Shown here in pieces: positions 39,515-49,451 of a stretch of 64,000 bases of DNA. This DNA is from Alphaproteobacteria bacterium. GTDB lineage: Bacteria > Pseudomonadota > Alphaproteobacteria > Rs-D84. The notes under the pieces were generated by a model. It saw only the letters and a list, made by a program, of their open reading frames with translations. It did no database searches and was not told the DNA's origin. The DNA is taken from positions 73,160-137,159 of the forward strand of contig JAFWJF010000007.1 in NCBI GenBank assembly GCA_017511715.1, in the 5' to 3' direction. How positions within the stretch are numbered: position 1 is the stretch's first letter; each line of letters opens with the position of its first letter. The translations under genes were made by a program, and so were the position numbers.

Positions 39515-40966
39515 ATGAAATTTGAAGATGGCACCACTTTGATACAATTATCTGATAATGTGTACTGTTTAAATAATGCTTATCGTCAGTCGCAAATTTT
39601 TGGTGACCGCACATTAAAAGCTGTTTTTGAAAAATTATCCAAAAATAATTATGTAAATTCTGATAGTTACAATATACTGTTACATAATAATTTTTTAACA
39701 AATCAAAGACCAGATGTATACAAGCAAAAATTATTGCAAGATTCTGTTAAATATAGTATACAACCAAAATTTAATTTGTTGCGAATTTTGCTGACTGATG
39801 TTTGTAATTTAAATTGTGATTATTGCAAAGTTATAAAATTAATAGATGCACCGTCGGCGAAACCAACACAACCAGAACGTTTAGAAAAGGCTATAAAATT
39901 TTTCTTTGAAAATTCTACTGCGGCAGAACCAAAAATAATTCATATTACTGGTGGTGAACCCACGTTATTTTTTGACAGTATAAGACAAATAATACAATTC
40001 AAAAATACTTATGCACGCCCAAATGAAAATTGTTGGATTGTTGTTGGAACAAACGCGATTGCTATAACTCCGGAAAAAGCACGTTTTTTCGCTGATAATA
40101 ACATGAAATGTATTGTGTCAATGGACGGACCAGAACAAGTACATAATATTTTACGAAAAAATCATGCTGGTCAGGGAACATGGTCACAGGTCGATAAAAA
40201 TATTAAATTGTTGCAATCTTTTGGTGTAGAAATATCTATTTCTGCTGTGATGGGAAAACATACAATTTATCAGGCCGATGAAAATATCTCTTTTTTGATA
40301 AATGAATATAATCCAACTGGCCTAGGTATTAACTTTATGAAGCCACCGACTACAAATTCTAGCGATTATAAATATTTAATTGATGAAAAATTATACGCAA
40401 AAACAATGTATAGATTACATCAAAAATATCGTACGTGTGGCGTGTTTTTTGAGCTTATTTTCAGACACTTAGAGCCTTTTGTAAAACAAAATTTCAGATT
40501 TCATGATTGTGGGGCAGCGGCCAGCCAAAATTTGAATATAGATGCCAAGGGCAATATCGGACCCTGTAAGTCATTTTTGTTGTTGAACAAGATGGCAATG
40601 AAAAATATAAATATCCAAGAATATAGCAATATTGTATCTGAAAATTGGGAAAGACGCTCACCAATTCATTTCGAACCATGTCAAAATTGTTCATGTATTG
40701 GTATATGTGGAAATGGGTGTGCGTATGATGCTTTTATCAATAACCGAGATATGTTGGCCATAGATACCAGGGGCTGTAAATATGTAAAATGTTTTTATGA
40801 TTTGTTTTTAAAAGATTTATATGAAATATCGTGCAAAACACATGAGGGGCAAAATATTTTTGTGCCATCTCAAGCGGACAGACAACAAATGTTAGGAAAT
40901 GTAAAGGAAATTCAAAATTCTTTAAGTTATTCAATTGGACACCAAACGAAACATTTTCAAAAATGA
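39515..40966 (+). CDS. Radical SAM/SPASM domain protein
   Basis: CNLNCDYC, TGGEP, SMDGP, SPASM cysteines HDCGA..GPC..CQNCSCIGICGNGC..GC; about 85-aa N-terminal extension. Confidence 0.9.
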   Translation: MKFEDGTTLIQLSDNVYCLNNAYRQSQIFGDRTLKAVFEKLSKNNYVNSDSYNILLHNNFLTNQRPDVYKQKLLQDSVKYSIQPKFNLLRILLTDVCNLNCDYCKVIKLIDAPSAKPTQPERLEKAIKFFFENSTAAEPKIIHITGGEPTLFFDSIRQIIQFKNTYARPNENCWIVVGTNAIAITPEKARFFADNNMKCIVSMDGPEQVHNILRKNHAGQGTWSQVDKNIKLLQSFGVEISISAVMGKHTIYQADENISFLINEYNPTGLGINFMKPPTTNSSDYKYLIDEKLYAKTMYRLHQKYRTCGVFFELIFRHLEPFVKQNFRFHDCGAAASQNLNIDAKGNIGPCKSFLLLNKMAMKNINIQEYSNIVSENWERRSPIHFEPCQNCSCIGICGNGCAYDAFINNRDMLAIDTRGCKYVKCFYDLFLKDLYEISCKTHEGQNIFVPSQADRQQMLGNVKEIQNSLSYSIGHQTKHFQK

Positions 40967-41565
40967 TAAAAAGAAGTACTTTGTTTTCTGTTTTAATAAC
41001 TGGATACAGTATTTTAAATCGACGCAAAAACTTTGTGCATAATTTTAGCCACAGTAAACGTGTTTTTTATAATAATATATGTATTTTGGGGTTGCGTGCG
41101 ATTCCTTTCCTTCGCGTTTTATTATTGACTTCGATATGGCATGATGTTGGACAAAGTGATTTTAAACAACAGGCTAAATATCATCATATATATTCTGCCA
41201 GATTATTCAAATTTTTTACCAAAGAAAATAAATACACAGATATCGTTGTGAATATAATTTTATGTCACAGAAATCGTGGTGCAAATGCGCAATATTGCCC
41301 CAAAACATTATTACAACAGGCCTTTTTTGATGCTGATAAATTGGACGTGTTAAATATACCACGGTCAAAAAAATTGATAAAAATGTATTCGCGTGGTTTT
41401 TCATGTGGTGAATTTAATATCAAGGATACAATTTGTTTTTGGGAAGATTTTATCACAAATGGTGAAAATATTTTATTTTTAGAAAAATCTAAGAAACTAT
41501 TCCGTCAAAGGAAAAATGCTTTCGTAAAATTTGTATCCGAAATCAAAGGAAAATATAATGTCTGA
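40963..41565 (+). CDS. HD-domain protein
   Basis: HNFSHSKRV..IWHDVG..HH..CHR..DADKLD; ATGA overlap with the rSAM gene. Confidence 0.85.
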   Translation: MIKRSTLFSVLITGYSILNRRKNFVHNFSHSKRVFYNNICILGLRAIPFLRVLLLTSIWHDVGQSDFKQQAKYHHIYSARLFKFFTKENKYTDIVVNIILCHRNRGANAQYCPKTLLQQAFFDADKLDVLNIPRSKKLIKMYSRGFSCGEFNIKDTICFWEDFITNGENILFLEKSKKLFRQRKNAFVKFVSEIKGKYNV

Positions 41566-42925
41566 TATGGAAAAAGTAGAAATTACAAATATGAATGTTT
41601 TTTTTGATTATATCAAAAAACATTTTTTTACCGGCATCACAAATCAGCAGTATTTATTAAACAACACGCCGAACGGTGTATTGAATTCCATTTTGGAATC
41701 GTTAAAACAAGAGTTGTCGCCTGATAATGTAAAACAAATAAAAAATATATTGTTTTACAAATGGATTTATACAAATGGTATGAAATCTTTGTTGCTGGAC
41801 CAACAATCAGATTATATTGTAAAAACGGATGCTGGATATGAATTTGTGCCAAGGCAAGAACTTTACGGACATTTATTACAAATCAAAGATTATTTTGATT
41901 ATATGATAGATTTTTATATTAAAAAAAATATGTCTTATAAATTGAAATTGGCCCTGTTTACATCGGAAACATTTGAATCTGCGTTTCACAAGGCCAATAT
42001 TGAATTTGAAAAACGGGTAAAAAGAAATTCTGCGTTGGGCATAGATAATGAAAAAAATATTTTAATGCATCTTGATAATGAATATAAGCTTGTAAAATTA
42101 AACACAGTGTATGATTTGGATTATGAAGGGTTATGTATCGGGCACTGTATTGGCGAGGGTGTCTTGGACAAAGAAATAAATGATAAAAAATCAACAATAA
42201 CAGTTTGTTCTTTGCGTAAAGATATGTTGATGAAAGAACGCATATCTGGAAAAAACATAATTCGGTCAATACCTTTTGCTTCAATTGTCATAGATCGTTT
42301 TGAAAAACGTCTAAACGGAAAATTATATGGCAATGTAATTTCCATTGAAGGACATATCGCAGGCACAGTAAGATATTATCTTAAAAACAAATTGGAAAAA
42401 CAAGATGCATGGAAAGGCAGATTTCCACCATACGTTCATGCTATGCCAATATCAAACGAAGAAATTATGTTTCGTGATACAGAATTACAACAAACACTGA
42501 TAAATTTATTTATGCAAAACGAATTGGTAATATGTGGCGAAAGAAAATATACGCCATGTTTGACCAAAGATTATAATATTGGTATGCCAACAACATATTC
42601 TGTACGCGTTAAAAACCAAGATGATTTAATTCGTGTCGCCAGTCACGGATTTCATCATATTGTTGTCCCGTCATATGATATTTTTATGTCAACAATTCAA
42701 CCGATTAAGGTGGAAACTTTTGATAACAAAAATACAATAGATATAACAAAAGCTGGAACATACGATTTAACAGAATTGCAAAATTTAAATACAATAAATG
42801 TTTTTGCGAATTGTGTGACAATATATTGTTATAATTGTAATAATTTACAACGTGTGAATCGTTCGCCGGATACAAATGTGTTGATGGAGCGTAATAAATA
42901 TAATATTATACAAAATATTCGTTAA
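41558..42925 (+). CDS. Hypothetical protein with PcfJ-like motif
   Basis: YKLVKLNTVYDLDYEGLCIGHCIG..VCSLR resembles the PcfJ-family L..EG..M.HCVG..IFSLR motif. Confidence 0.55.
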   Translation: MSDMEKVEITNMNVFFDYIKKHFFTGITNQQYLLNNTPNGVLNSILESLKQELSPDNVKQIKNILFYKWIYTNGMKSLLLDQQSDYIVKTDAGYEFVPRQELYGHLLQIKDYFDYMIDFYIKKNMSYKLKLALFTSETFESAFHKANIEFEKRVKRNSALGIDNEKNILMHLDNEYKLVKLNTVYDLDYEGLCIGHCIGEGVLDKEINDKKSTITVCSLRKDMLMKERISGKNIIRSIPFASIVIDRFEKRLNGKLYGNVISIEGHIAGTVRYYLKNKLEKQDAWKGRFPPYVHAMPISNEEIMFRDTELQQTLINLFMQNELVICGERKYTPCLTKDYNIGMPTTYSVRVKNQDDLIRVASHGFHHIVVPSYDIFMSTIQPIKVETFDNKNTIDITKAGTYDLTELQNLNTINVFANCVTIYCYNCNNLQRVNRSPDTNVLMERNKYNIIQNIR

Positions 42926-42936
42926 GGGATGTTTCA

Positions 42937-43806
42937 ATGAAAATATACAAAGATGGATGGTTAAAAACCGACGGCAAACACAAGATTTATTATATGCAAT
43001 TGGGCAATCCAAATGGGATTCCGGTTTTGTCTTTTCATGCTGGTCCTGGTGATTGTTCATGGGCGGGATTTTATGATTTTTTGGACGAAACAAAGTATAA
43101 TATTATAACATTCGATCAGCGTGGTTGTGGAAAATCTGAACCGTTCGGTGAAATCGCGGATAATACAACCGACAAAATTTTGACTGATGCAAAGGAGTTG
43201 TTGGATTTTATAGGGATTCGCGAAAAATGTATTTTATTTGGTGGATCATGGGGCTCTGCATTGGCGTTGTCTTTTGGCGCCAGATATCCAGACACAACAA
43301 AATCATTGGTGTTGTCAAATGTTCTGTTGGGGCGTCATCACGATTTAAAAAAACTTATGTGTGATTTAAAAATTTTTAAGCCGTTATCAAATTACAATGT
43401 TGATGAAAATAATATATTTTTGAAAATAAAACATGCAATACAAACTAATGATATTGAATTTATATCAAAATACAATGATTATGAAATATACAAATACACT
43501 TTTCATAAAAATAACGGATTAAAAACAAATTTAGCTGGTAAAGATTTTTTGCAAAAACGTCTATATTGTCATTTTTTATGTAATAATTTATTTTTGCCGG
43601 ATAATGGTATTGTGGATGAATTGACCGCGCTATCGGGAAAGCCGATTTATTTGGTGCACAATAAATACGACCCAATATGTAATATAGAACAGGCGCATCT
43701 TTTAAAAAAACTGTTGCCACAAACCGAATTGGTCGTGTTAAATAAACGTGGACATGGGGGTGATTTTCAAATTGACACAATTAAAAAATTCTTTAAAAAA
43801 GCTTAA
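42937..43806 (+). CDS. Proline iminopeptidase-like alpha/beta hydrolase (S33)
   Basis: GNPNGIPV..HAGPG, FDQRGCGKS.P, FGGSWGS nucleophile, YD..C, GH. Confidence 0.85.
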   Translation: MKIYKDGWLKTDGKHKIYYMQLGNPNGIPVLSFHAGPGDCSWAGFYDFLDETKYNIITFDQRGCGKSEPFGEIADNTTDKILTDAKELLDFIGIREKCILFGGSWGSALALSFGARYPDTTKSLVLSNVLLGRHHDLKKLMCDLKIFKPLSNYNVDENNIFLKIKHAIQTNDIEFISKYNDYEIYKYTFHKNNGLKTNLAGKDFLQKRLYCHFLCNNLFLPDNGIVDELTALSGKPIYLVHNKYDPICNIEQAHLLKKLLPQTELVVLNKRGHGGDFQIDTIKKFFKKA

Positions 43807-44998
43807 TATATGCCTGGTTTACCCTGGATATCCACCATACGAACGGGAGTCCGGGGGAATTGCATCTTATGTCCAAGAAAATGTAAGGTTTTTAACCGCC
43901 ATGGGGCATAATGTTGTTGTTATTTCGCGTGCACCGGATATATCGCATGTTATAGAAACAAATACCGATAAAACAAAAATAATATATTTGCCTCATTTTC
44001 TGCCACGCATCTGCAAATTTTTTACCCCACTAAAATTTAATAAATATGGTGCATATTTTTATTCATACAAAGCATATAAACAATTAAAAAAAATAGAAAA
44101 AGAAAATCATATTCACTTTGATGTCATCGAAACCAGCGATTGGGGCGGCGAAGGTTATTTCTTTGTAAAAAAATTCCAAGACAGGACAATTATAAAATGT
44201 GACACCCCCAGTTTTATATCGGAATCATACAACCCCAACAATCCAGCGTATCTAAGTTCTTTTGTAAAGAAATTGGAACAAAGAACATTATTGAATGCGA
44301 AAAACATTGTCACAAACAGCAAAATTTTGATGCAAAAAATCTGTGCTGTGTTGCACAAAGATTTACCATTCACATTGGTACAATTGTCAATAAAAACAAC
44401 ACCAATTAAAAAAACAAAATACACCAATAAATTTTCAAAAAACAATCCAATGAAAATAATATTTTCTGGTCGCATAGAAGAACGCAAAGGGATTTTTGGT
44501 TTAATAGATGCTATAAAACAACTTCGAAAAAAAGGATTGTATATAGAACTTCATTGCTTTGGTGCGACAACGCCAATGAAACATACGGACAGTATAACAC
44601 TATTAAAAAACGAGGGGTATAGTTGGCTCCATTTTTATGGACAAATTCCCAGAGACCAAATAATAAAAGAATATAAAAATTACGATTTGTGTGTTGTGCC
44701 GTCAGTGTTTGATAGTTTTTGTCTGACGGCATTAGAAGCGATATTGTCAAAAATTCCAACTATTGTTTCAGATACAACAGGCATTTCAGATTTAATATCG
44801 GATAAATTTCTTGTCTTCTCTTTTCCCAGAGACATTATATCAAAAATAAAGGATGTGTATTTTAATTACGCATCCTATGCACGAAAGACAGATTTGGTAT
44901 TGGATGATTTACTTTGTGAAACCGATAGAGCAAATATTGATCGCATGACATATTACTTTAAAATTGCCAAACAAAATAATTTAAAATCAAAGTGTTAA
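43754..44998 (+). CDS. GT4 family glycosyltransferase
   Basis: ICLVYPGYPP...GGIASY..GHNVVVI, FSGRIEERKG, VPSVFDSFCLTALEA. Start uncertain (43748-43772), overlapping the upstream gene. Confidence 0.88.
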   Translation: MGVIFKLTQLKNSLKKLNICLVYPGYPPYERESGGIASYVQENVRFLTAMGHNVVVISRAPDISHVIETNTDKTKIIYLPHFLPRICKFFTPLKFNKYGAYFYSYKAYKQLKKIEKENHIHFDVIETSDWGGEGYFFVKKFQDRTIIKCDTPSFISESYNPNNPAYLSSFVKKLEQRTLLNAKNIVTNSKILMQKICAVLHKDLPFTLVQLSIKTTPIKKTKYTNKFSKNNPMKIIFSGRIEERKGIFGLIDAIKQLRKKGLYIELHCFGATTPMKHTDSITLLKNEGYSWLHFYGQIPRDQIIKEYKNYDLCVVPSVFDSFCLTALEAILSKIPTIVSDTTGISDLISDKFLVFSFPRDIISKIKDVYFNYASYARKTDLVLDDLLCETDRANIDRMTYYFKIAKQNNLKSKC

Positions 44999-45282
44999 AC
45001 CATAACTTGTTTGATCAAAGCACGAAAGCCTGTCTTTGTTTAAGGATCGAAAATATGCTAATAATTCCTACCTTAAGATATCGGGTTCAATATCTTATGC
45101 TTTAACATATTTGTATCGTTCATATAGAACCTTTTATTTACTGAATCCTAAAATTAGGAGAAAACTGGCATCGCATTTTTTGGCAAGATATATAAATATC
45201 ATAAACATGGGCGGATTGTTGGCAACTGGCGATATACATTGGAAATATCGTGGCTAAAAACCGCCGGAAATGGGGCAAAAAA

Positions 45283-45313
45283 GAACATCCCGTGGAATTT
45301 CCACGGGATGTTC
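45283..45313 (-). terminator. Terminator hairpin 3' of tRNA-Ser
   Basis: GAACATCCCGTGGAA-t-TTCCACGGGATGTTC perfect inverted repeat. Confidence 0.75.
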
Positions 45314-45321
45314 AATATTCC

Positions 45322-45411
45322 TGGCGGATGGTGAGGGATTCGAACCCCCGGACGAGTTGCCCCGTCAGCGGTTTTCAAGACCGTCGCATTCGACCGCTCT
45401 GCCAACCATCC
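45322..45411 (-). tRNA. tRNA-Ser(TGA)
   Basis: Reverse complement GGATGGT..CGGTCTTGAAAACCG..long variable arm..GGTTCGAATCC..ACCATCCGCCA. Confidence 0.97.
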
Positions 45412-45531
45412 TGAACTATTTTTGCATGCACAGTTTATATTCAGCACAGCCAAAAGTCAAACGTTTTGTTTAACCTTCCATATCATTTTTCATAATTCTC
45501 ATATTTTCTCCTTTTGTACATATTAAAATTG

Positions 45532-46353
45532 TTACTTGTGTTTCTTCATTGCACAAGTTAAAACAATTACACCAATAATGAACACAGCCCCTGAAAGTAG
45601 CATTCCCATTGTCAAACCCCAGCTGGTAAGGAAACCAATTTGGGAATCTGGTTGACGAAATTGTTCACAGAACACACGAAATACCGCATACAATATACAA
45701 AATATACCAGATAAAGCCCCCGTGTGTTTCCTTAAATTTGTTTTCCAATAAAGCAACCACATTATCAAGAATAAAACAAACCCTTCAAGCGTTGCTTCAT
45801 AAAGGGGGCTTGGGTGGCGCGGAATATCTGTTTGCCCAACAAAAACTATGCCCAACGGAGAATTTGTGACACGACCCATTACTTCCATATTTATAAAGTT
45901 TGCTATTCGCCCAAGCCCTAAGCCTATTGGTGCTAAAACGGTTAAAATGTCTAAAATCTTGAAAGAATTTTTTGTTATTGAACCTTTTGCAAAATGTTGA
46001 TTTTTTACGAACAAGAATGTAGCCGCTATTGCCCCCAGAAAACCACCATGGAAACTCATACCGCCATGCCAAAGTGCAAATATTTCCAACGGATTAAACA
46101 GAAAATATGGCAAATTATAGAATAACACATAGCCCAATCGTCCACCAACAATTACCCCCAATACGAAGTACGAAAGAAAATCATCCATTTGACTTTTAGA
46201 AAGGATGATTTCGCCATCTTTTCTGCTTGTTAAATATTTCATTATGAAAAAACCGACTACAAACGCGACAATATATGCCAGCGCATACCACCGTACAGGC
46301 AAGCCCAAAACAGAAAATGCAACAGGGTTAATTGGATTGATAATGATTGACAT
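45532..46353 (-). CDS. lgt: Prolipoprotein diacylglyceryl transferase
   Basis: VRWYALAY, GGRLGYVLFY, GGMSFHGG, GRIANFIN.E..GR, RHPSPLYE, EQFRQPD. Confidence 0.96.
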   Translation of the reverse strand: MSIIINPINPVAFSVLGLPVRWYALAYIVAFVVGFFIMKYLTSRKDGEIILSKSQMDDFLSYFVLGVIVGGRLGYVLFYNLPYFLFNPLEIFALWHGGMSFHGGFLGAIAATFLFVKNQHFAKGSITKNSFKILDILTVLAPIGLGLGRIANFINMEVMGRVTNSPLGIVFVGQTDIPRHPSPLYEATLEGFVLFLIMWLLYWKTNLRKHTGALSGIFCILYAVFRVFCEQFRQPDSQIGFLTSWGLTMGMLLSGAVFIIGVIVLTCAMKKHK

Positions 46354-46454
46354 GCTAATACATCCTTTTGTGGTATTGTATTATCAAAAGCCTATTCTTT
46401 TCAACAAAAAATCAAGGTCGCAAACAGGCGACCTTGATTTGAAGACTTTTTCAA

Positions 46455-46769
46455 TTATCTCTTGTGTGTACGAATTCTCTTTTCTATTTCAATTTGCATA
46501 GTTATTACAGTAATCGAAAATTCACAATTTTGTTTAATTTCACGACATTTTTTCAGACGTTTTATATCTTGTTCTGATACTGGCATCCCAGCTTTGCGCG
46601 CATCTTCAATCTTTTTTTCCAAAGATTTTATTTCGATGTTCATCTGTTTTATAACATTTTTTTTGTCTTTAATATAATCTGATTTTTCTGTTGCGAAACC
46701 GTTTGGAATATATTGTCTGCATGGTCTCAATTCCATATTTTCCGTTATTCTGATGTCTATAGTTATCAT
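46455..46769 (-). CDS. Hypothetical coiled-coil protein
   Basis: ORF with AAGGGG RBS and a downstream hairpin (46409-46440). Confidence 0.5.
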   Translation of the reverse strand: MITIDIRITENMELRPCRQYIPNGFATEKSDYIKDKKNVIKQMNIEIKSLEKKIEDARKAGMPVSEQDIKRLKKCREIKQNCEFSITVITMQIEIEKRIRTHKR

Positions 46770-46916
46770 AAGCACCCCTTTTGGTTTGTTTAAGCACATT
46801 ATACTTGACAAAAATCGGTTTGTCAAATAAAAAATCAAAAAAATTTATGTTTTGTTATCTCTTGAATTATTACCCATTGTGTATTATATTTTCAGCATAA
46901 CAAAACAAAGGAGAAC

Positions 46917-47621
46917 ATGATGGCTATAGCAAAATCTGTGTCCAAAACGGTTAGCGGCATAGAATTATATCTTAGGAAAATTTTCAGTTTAATGACTGGT
47001 GCAGTTGGCATAACAGCATTGACTACTTTTATTATGATGGCGACTGGTGCATGGACTGCGTTGATTAGCAACGGCGGTTTATCCGTTACATATTACATTA
47101 TCGCATTTGGCGGTTTGGGCTTGTCGCTTTGGGCACAAGCGCGCGCATTTAACATGAAACCCGCAACCGCAAAAATATTGTTATTTTTGTATTCAATTTT
47201 GATGGGCGTGGCATTAACGCCGATGATTTTGGTGTCATCATTTTCGACAATCATGATTGCCCTTGTTTTGGCCGCGGTCATGTTTGCCTGTATGGCGTTG
47301 TTCGGATATAAAACCGCGAAAGACTTATCGTTCCTTGGTATATTCCTTTTCTTAGGCATGATTGGTTTATTGTTGGTTGGAATTGTGTCTATATTCACGG
47401 GGCCAATGGGCGTGGTGTTTAATCAGGTTGTATGCTTGCTGGGTGTATTAATATTTGCGCTTTTTGCTGCATATGATATGCAAAATCTGAAAAACGCTTA
47501 TTATGCGGTTGGCAACGGCGAACAGAAAGACCAATTGGCTGTACTTGGCGCATTGCACATGTATATATCTTTTGTGGCAATGTTCGAATACATATTGGGA
47601 CTTCTGAACAGCAGAGATTAA
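46917..47621 (+). CDS. Bax inhibitor-1/YccA family membrane protein
   Basis: Seven hydrophobic segments, GYKTAKDLS, AYDMQNLK, GALHMYISF. Confidence 0.9.
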   Translation: MMAIAKSVSKTVSGIELYLRKIFSLMTGAVGITALTTFIMMATGAWTALISNGGLSVTYYIIAFGGLGLSLWAQARAFNMKPATAKILLFLYSILMGVALTPMILVSSFSTIMIALVLAAVMFACMALFGYKTAKDLSFLGIFLFLGMIGLLLVGIVSIFTGPMGVVFNQVVCLLGVLIFALFAAYDMQNLKNAYYAVGNGEQKDQLAVLGALHMYISFVAMFEYILGLLNSRD

Positions 47622-47646
47622 GAAACAAGAAGAAAAGGAAAACAAA

Positions 47647-47826
47647 ATGGCTTATAAAATAGACAAAACAAAATGTATTGGATGTCATACTTGCATGGGG
47701 GTGTGTCCTGCGATGGCTATTATTGATGCAGAAGGTGGCAAATGCGCAATAGACAAGAACAAATGTATGGGATGCGGTACCTGTGCAGCGGTTTGTCCAG
47801 TCAATGCGATTGAACCTGATTTATAA
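47647..47826 (+). CDS. 2[4Fe-4S] ferredoxin (59 aa; below the ORF-track cutoff)
   Basis: Translated by hand: MAYKIDKTKCIGCHTCMGVCPAMAIIDAEGGKCAIDKNKCMGCGTCAAVCPVNAIEPDL, two CxxCxxCxxxCP motifs, AAGGA RBS. Confidence 0.95.
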   Translation: MAYKIDKTKCIGCHTCMGVCPAMAIIDAEGGKCAIDKNKCMGCGTCAAVCPVNAIEPDL

Positions 47827-47884
47827 GTTGAAAAAGAATTAAAAAGGTCTAATATTATCGGCAGTAAAATTATAGGGGTAAAAA

Positions 47885-49246
47885 ATGCCAGCAAAATCAG
47901 TAAATGACATAGTTGCACTTTGCAAAAGACGGGGTTTTATTTTCACAGGTTCTGAAATTTATGGTGGACTTGGTGGGGCTTATGACTATGGTCCATACGG
48001 TGTTGAATTGATGCGCAATATTCGCAACGCATGGTGGAACGCAATGATTTATGCACGCAATGATATCGAAGGATTGGATGCAGCCTTGATTTCTAATCGT
48101 TTGATGTGGAAATATTCTGGTCACGAAGGCAGTTTTTCTGACCCATTGGTTGAATGCAAAAAATGTGGTGCACGCATGCGTCAGGATAAAATGAAGGATC
48201 CAACAAAATGCGACAACTGTGGCAGCACTGATATCACCGAACCACGCGCATATCAATTAATGATGGGTTTGTCAATTGGTGCAATGGCAGATGGCGCAAT
48301 CAATGCCTATTTGCGACCAGAAACCGCAACAACAACTTATGTTAATTTCAAGAATGTCCTTGATTCTAAACCACACAAATTACCATTTGGAATCGCCCAA
48401 ATTGGAAAGGCGTTCCGTAATGAAATCTCTCCGCGCGGTTTCGTTTTCCGCATGCGCGAATTTGAACAGGCTGAAATGCAATATTTTGTTAACCCAAGTG
48501 AAGATGAAAAGTATTTTGAATATTGGAAGGCTACCCGTCTTGCATGGTGGATAAATGTTTTGGGGATACCCGCAGAAAAACTTCGTTTCTTACCACATGT
48601 AAAATTGGCTCACTATGCAAAAGCAGCAGTTGACATCGAATATGCTTTCCCAGATGGTTTTGATGAAGTCGAAGGTGTCCACAATCGTCAAGATTTTGAT
48701 TTGGGTTCTCATACCAAGGCGCAAAATGAATTCAAATTGGCTGCTAATGTTATGGAAAACAAAGATTCCACAACTAAATTGTCTTACAGTGATGCTCAAA
48801 CCGGCGAAAACTTTATTCCGTATGTGATTGAAACTGCGATGGGTGTAAATCGCGCTATGTTGGCAGTTATGATAGAAGCATATGATGAAGAAGACCTGGG
48901 AGATGGAAAATCACGCATAGTGTTAAGATTAAAACCTTGGTTATCACCGGTCAAAGCCGCTGTTATTCCTCTGGTTCGTAATGTTCCTGAAATCGTAGAT
49001 TTATCAAATAAAATTGTTGATGAATTGCGTGGCTTAGGAATCGGTAAAATAGAACTGGAAAATTCTGGAAACATTGGTAAAAACTATCGCCGTCACGATG
49101 AAATTGGAACGCCGATTTGTATAACAGTTGACCACCAAACATTGGAAGATGGCACTGTCACAATAAGATATCGCGATACAATGGAACAAGAACGGATAAA
49201 AACAACCGATATTGCAAAAAAATTACTTGAAATAGTAAAGCATTAA
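47885..49246 (+). CDS. glyQS: Glycine--tRNA ligase, homodimeric (alpha2) type
   Basis: LCKRRGF..SEIYGG..YDYGPYG, YLRPETA, IGKAFRNEI, REFEQAE, LAHYA, PYVIE, YRRHDEIGTP. Confidence 0.95.
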   Translation: MPAKSVNDIVALCKRRGFIFTGSEIYGGLGGAYDYGPYGVELMRNIRNAWWNAMIYARNDIEGLDAALISNRLMWKYSGHEGSFSDPLVECKKCGARMRQDKMKDPTKCDNCGSTDITEPRAYQLMMGLSIGAMADGAINAYLRPETATTTYVNFKNVLDSKPHKLPFGIAQIGKAFRNEISPRGFVFRMREFEQAEMQYFVNPSEDEKYFEYWKATRLAWWINVLGIPAEKLRFLPHVKLAHYAKAAVDIEYAFPDGFDEVEGVHNRQDFDLGSHTKAQNEFKLAANVMENKDSTTKLSYSDAQTGENFIPYVIETAMGVNRAMLAVMIEAYDEEDLGDGKSRIVLRLKPWLSPVKAAVIPLVRNVPEIVDLSNKIVDELRGLGIGKIELENSGNIGKNYRRHDEIGTPICITVDHQTLEDGTVTIRYRDTMEQERIKTTDIAKKLLEIVKH

Positions 49247-49250
49247 ACAA

Positions 49251-49285
49251 TAAACAAAAACCGCCATTTAGGCGGTTTTTGTTTA
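49251..49285 (+). terminator. Intrinsic terminator after glyQS
   Basis: TAAACAAAAACCGCC-attta-GGCGGTTTTTGTTTA 15-bp perfect stem. Confidence 0.8.
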
Positions 49286-49388
49286 TAAAAAATTGTTGCT
49301 TTTCATATTTTGTTAATCAAGTCAAGACAATTTATATTTTGACTTTATTTCCATAATATATAAAAATATGTCTGCCTTATCGCAAAGC

Positions 49389-49451
49389 GTACTATTGCCA
49401 ATAATGGGTGGTATGGATGGGGCACCGGTCTTGCCAATAATGGGGGTCGGT
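49389..49451 (+). promoter_or_regulatory. Candidate twin-hairpin 5' leader of the OMP gene
   Basis: Two hairpins, each with UG bulge-CC-AAUAAU-GG apex; lower stems differ in sequence but both pair. Confidence 0.45.

Noticed and set aside
45036-45257. RiPP precursor peptide for the rSAM operon
   Set aside because: TTG start without RBS, no leader/core pattern, no Cys or repeated motif. Other short ORFs in 45000-45280 are equally unconvincing.
45199-45473. ORFs overlapping tRNA-Ser, and similarly 55871-56071 over tRNA-Thr
   Set aside because: Shadow translations of tRNA genes.
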